Assembly: GCA_043228905.1 (NCBI GenBank)
Contig: JBHGNT010001042.1
Location: 1-12,691, forward strand
Reading direction: 5' to 3'
Length of the DNA stretch: 12,691 nucleotides
From: Azolla caroliniana
Taxonomy: Eukaryota > Plantae > Polypodiophyta
Under the pieces are notes generated by a model that did not search any database, had not been told where the DNA came from, and saw only the letters and a list, made by a program, of their open reading frames with translations. Positions 10,801 through 12,691 of this stretch are shown piece by piece. Position numbers and translations under genes: made by a program. The first letter of the stretch is position 1; each line of letters starts with the position of its first letter.

Positions 10801-12155
10801 TTCTTAAACTCAGGTCGAGAGACACGAAGAAAATAGGAAACTTGAGGAGGTCGTAGACAAGATCCCGTGAGTAAATGAAAATTTTCATACCTCGGTCAGG
10901 TGATATCGGATTTTTGAAGTCAAACACGCGAATCGAAACTAACAACGCCAGCTATGATATGGAATTTAAAACTCACGATTTTGAAACTCCGGTCTAGAGA
11001 CATGAAGAAAATAGCAAACTTCAGGAGGTCGTAGACAACAGCCGAGGAGTAAATGAAAATGTTCATACCTGGGTCATGTGATATCGGATTTTTCAGGTCA
11101 AACATGCGAATCGAAACTAACAACGCCAGCTATGATATGGAATTTAAAACTAAAGATTTTGAAACTCCGGTATAGAGAGATGAAGAAAATAGCAAACTTG
11201 GGAAGGTCGTAGACAAGAGCACGTTACTAAATGAAAATGTTCATACCTGGCTCGTCTGATATCAGATTTTTGTATTTAAACAGGCGAATTCAAGCTTTCA
11301 ATGTTAGCTACAAAGTGGAATTAAACAATCAACTTTTTGAAACTCACGTCGAGAGACATGAAGAAACTACCAAACATGAGGCGGTCGTAGACAAGAGCAC
11401 CAAAGTAAATGAAAAAGTTCATACCTGGGTCATGTGATATCGGATTTTTGTCTTCAAACATACGAATCCAAGCTAACAACGCTAGCTATGATATGGAATT
11501 AAAAAATCAAGATTTTTAAATTCAGGTCGAGAGACATGAAGAAAATAGGAAACTTGAGGAGGTCGTAGACAAGATCCCGTGAGTAAATGAAAATGTTCAT
11601 ACCTGCGTCATGTGATATCTGATTTTTGAGGTCAAACATGCGAATCGAGGCTTCCAATGCTAAATATGATATGGCATTTAAAAATCAAGATTTTGAAACT
11701 CAGTTCGACAGACATGAAGAAAATACCAAACTTGAGGAGGTCGTAGATAAGAGCACGGGAGTAAATCACAAGGTTCATACCTCGGTCATGTGATATCGGA
11801 TTTTTCAGGTGAAACATGTGAATCGAAACTAACAACGCTAGCTATCATATGGAATTGAAAATTCAAGATTTTTAAACTCAGGTCGAGAGACATGAAGAAA
11901 AAAGCAAACTTTAGGTGGTCGTAGACAAGAGCACGGGAGTAAATGCGAAAGTTCATACCTGGGTCATGTGATATCGGATTTTTGAGGTCAAACATGCGAA
12001 TCGAAACTAACAACGCCAGCTATGATATCAAATTTAAAACTCAGGATTTGAAACTCCGGTCCAGAGACATGAAGAAAATAGCAAACATGAGAAGGTCGTA
12101 GACAAGAGCGCGTTAGTAAATGAAAATGTTCATATCTGGCTCGTGTGATATCGGA
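7880..12155 (-). repeat. Imperfect 11-monomer higher-order repeat (about 2.2 units)
   Basis: Diagnostic monomers recur at 7928, 9886 and 11773, offsets 1958 (11x178) and 1887 (10x178+107). Block 8818-10270 matches 10705-12155. The ORF track shows the same 1887 offset (9033/10920, 9344/11231, 9745/11632). Confidence 0.82.
10598..10704 (-). repeat. Truncated 107-bp monomer (net 71-bp deletion with 10-bp filler)
   Basis: GGCATTTAAAAATCA-GGGTTAATAC-CAAGGTTCATACC. In the intact relative at about 9786-9895 the same two flanks are separated by 81 bp. Confidence 0.9.
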
Positions 12156-12691
12156 TTTTTGTGGTTAAACATGCGAATTGAAGCTTACAATGTTAGCTAC
12201 GATGTGGAATTAAACAGTAATTATTTTGAAACTCAGGTGGAGAGATATGAAGAAAATACCAAACTTGAGGAGGTCGTAGATAAGAGCACGGGAGTAAATA
12301 ACAAGCTTCATATCTCGGTCATGTGATATCAGATTTTTTATGTCAAACATACGCATCGAAGCAAACAATTCTAGCTATGATATGGAATTAAAAAATCATG
12401 ATTTTTAAACTCAGGTCGAGAGACATGAAGAAAATAGGAGACTTGAGGAGGTCGTAGACAAGATCCTGTGAGTAAATGAAAATGTTCATACCTTGGTCAT
12501 GTGATATCGGATTTTTGAGGTCAAATATGCGAATCGAAACCAACAATGCTAGCTATTATATGGAAATAAAAAATCATGATTTTTAAACTCAGGTCGAGAG
12601 ACATGAAGGAAATAGGAAACTTGAGGAGGTCAAAGACAAGATCCCGTAAGTAAATGAAAATGTTCATACCTGGCTCGTGTGATATCGGATT

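Larger units (their letters stand above)
7121..12691 (-). repeat. Tandem satellite array, same 178-bp family in inverted orientation, subfamily R (about 31-32 copies; runs off the right edge)
   Basis: The anchor GTTCATA (reverse complement of TATGAAC) or a close variant recurs at 7217, 7395, 7572, 7750, 7928, 8106 ... 10598, 10705, 10883 ... 12484, 12662. Spacing is 178 bp except two 177-bp units and one 107-bp unit. The sequence is the reverse complement of the left monomer with diagnostic changes, e.g. GAGGTCGTAGACAAGA versus left-type GAGTGAGTTGAGAGGA, and GGTCATGTGA versus GCTCGTGTGA. Confidence 0.98.

Noticed and set aside
3062-12326. The 13 short ORFs (64-75 aa), which look like a paralogous small-protein family
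   Set aside because: Each is about one monomer long and translates the satellite on either strand. 178 is not a multiple of 3, most monomers carry stops in these frames, and there is no recognisable domain. Their similarity reflects the repeat and HOR only.
1-12691. CRISPR-like repeat-spacer array or diversity cassette system, with the variable tract as spacers
   Set aside because: The variable tracts are homologous alleles differing by substitutions, not unique spacers. The constant part is about 140 bp, and there are no cas, recombinase or reverse transcriptase genes in the window.
1-12691. Identification as Arabidopsis CEN178 or Brassica CentBr on the basis of length
   Set aside because: The sequence does not resemble those consensus sequences as I recall them, and length alone is not diagnostic. 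A database search is needed.

Overview
The whole 12.7-kb window is eukaryotic-type tandem satellite DNA built from a 178-bp, roughly 39% GC monomer. I find no credible genes, RNA genes or CRISPR array; the listed 64-75 aa ORFs are by-products of the repeat. About 40 monomers run in one orientation from 1 to about 7117. After a 3-bp filler (TCT, 7118-7120), about 31-32 monomers of a related but distinct subfamily run in the opposite orientation from about 7121 to the window end. The left array is a mosaic of locally duplicated blocks and carries two copies of a 32-bp templated insertion. The right array is more heterogeneous, with an imperfect 11-monomer higher-order repeat (about 1958/1887 bp) and one monomer shortened by a net 71-bp deletion with filler DNA. 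The monomer length and organisation fit a centromeric or pericentromeric satellite, but this is inference, and I cannot assign a species or named family. The most notable structure is the orientation switch that coincides with a subfamily boundary.
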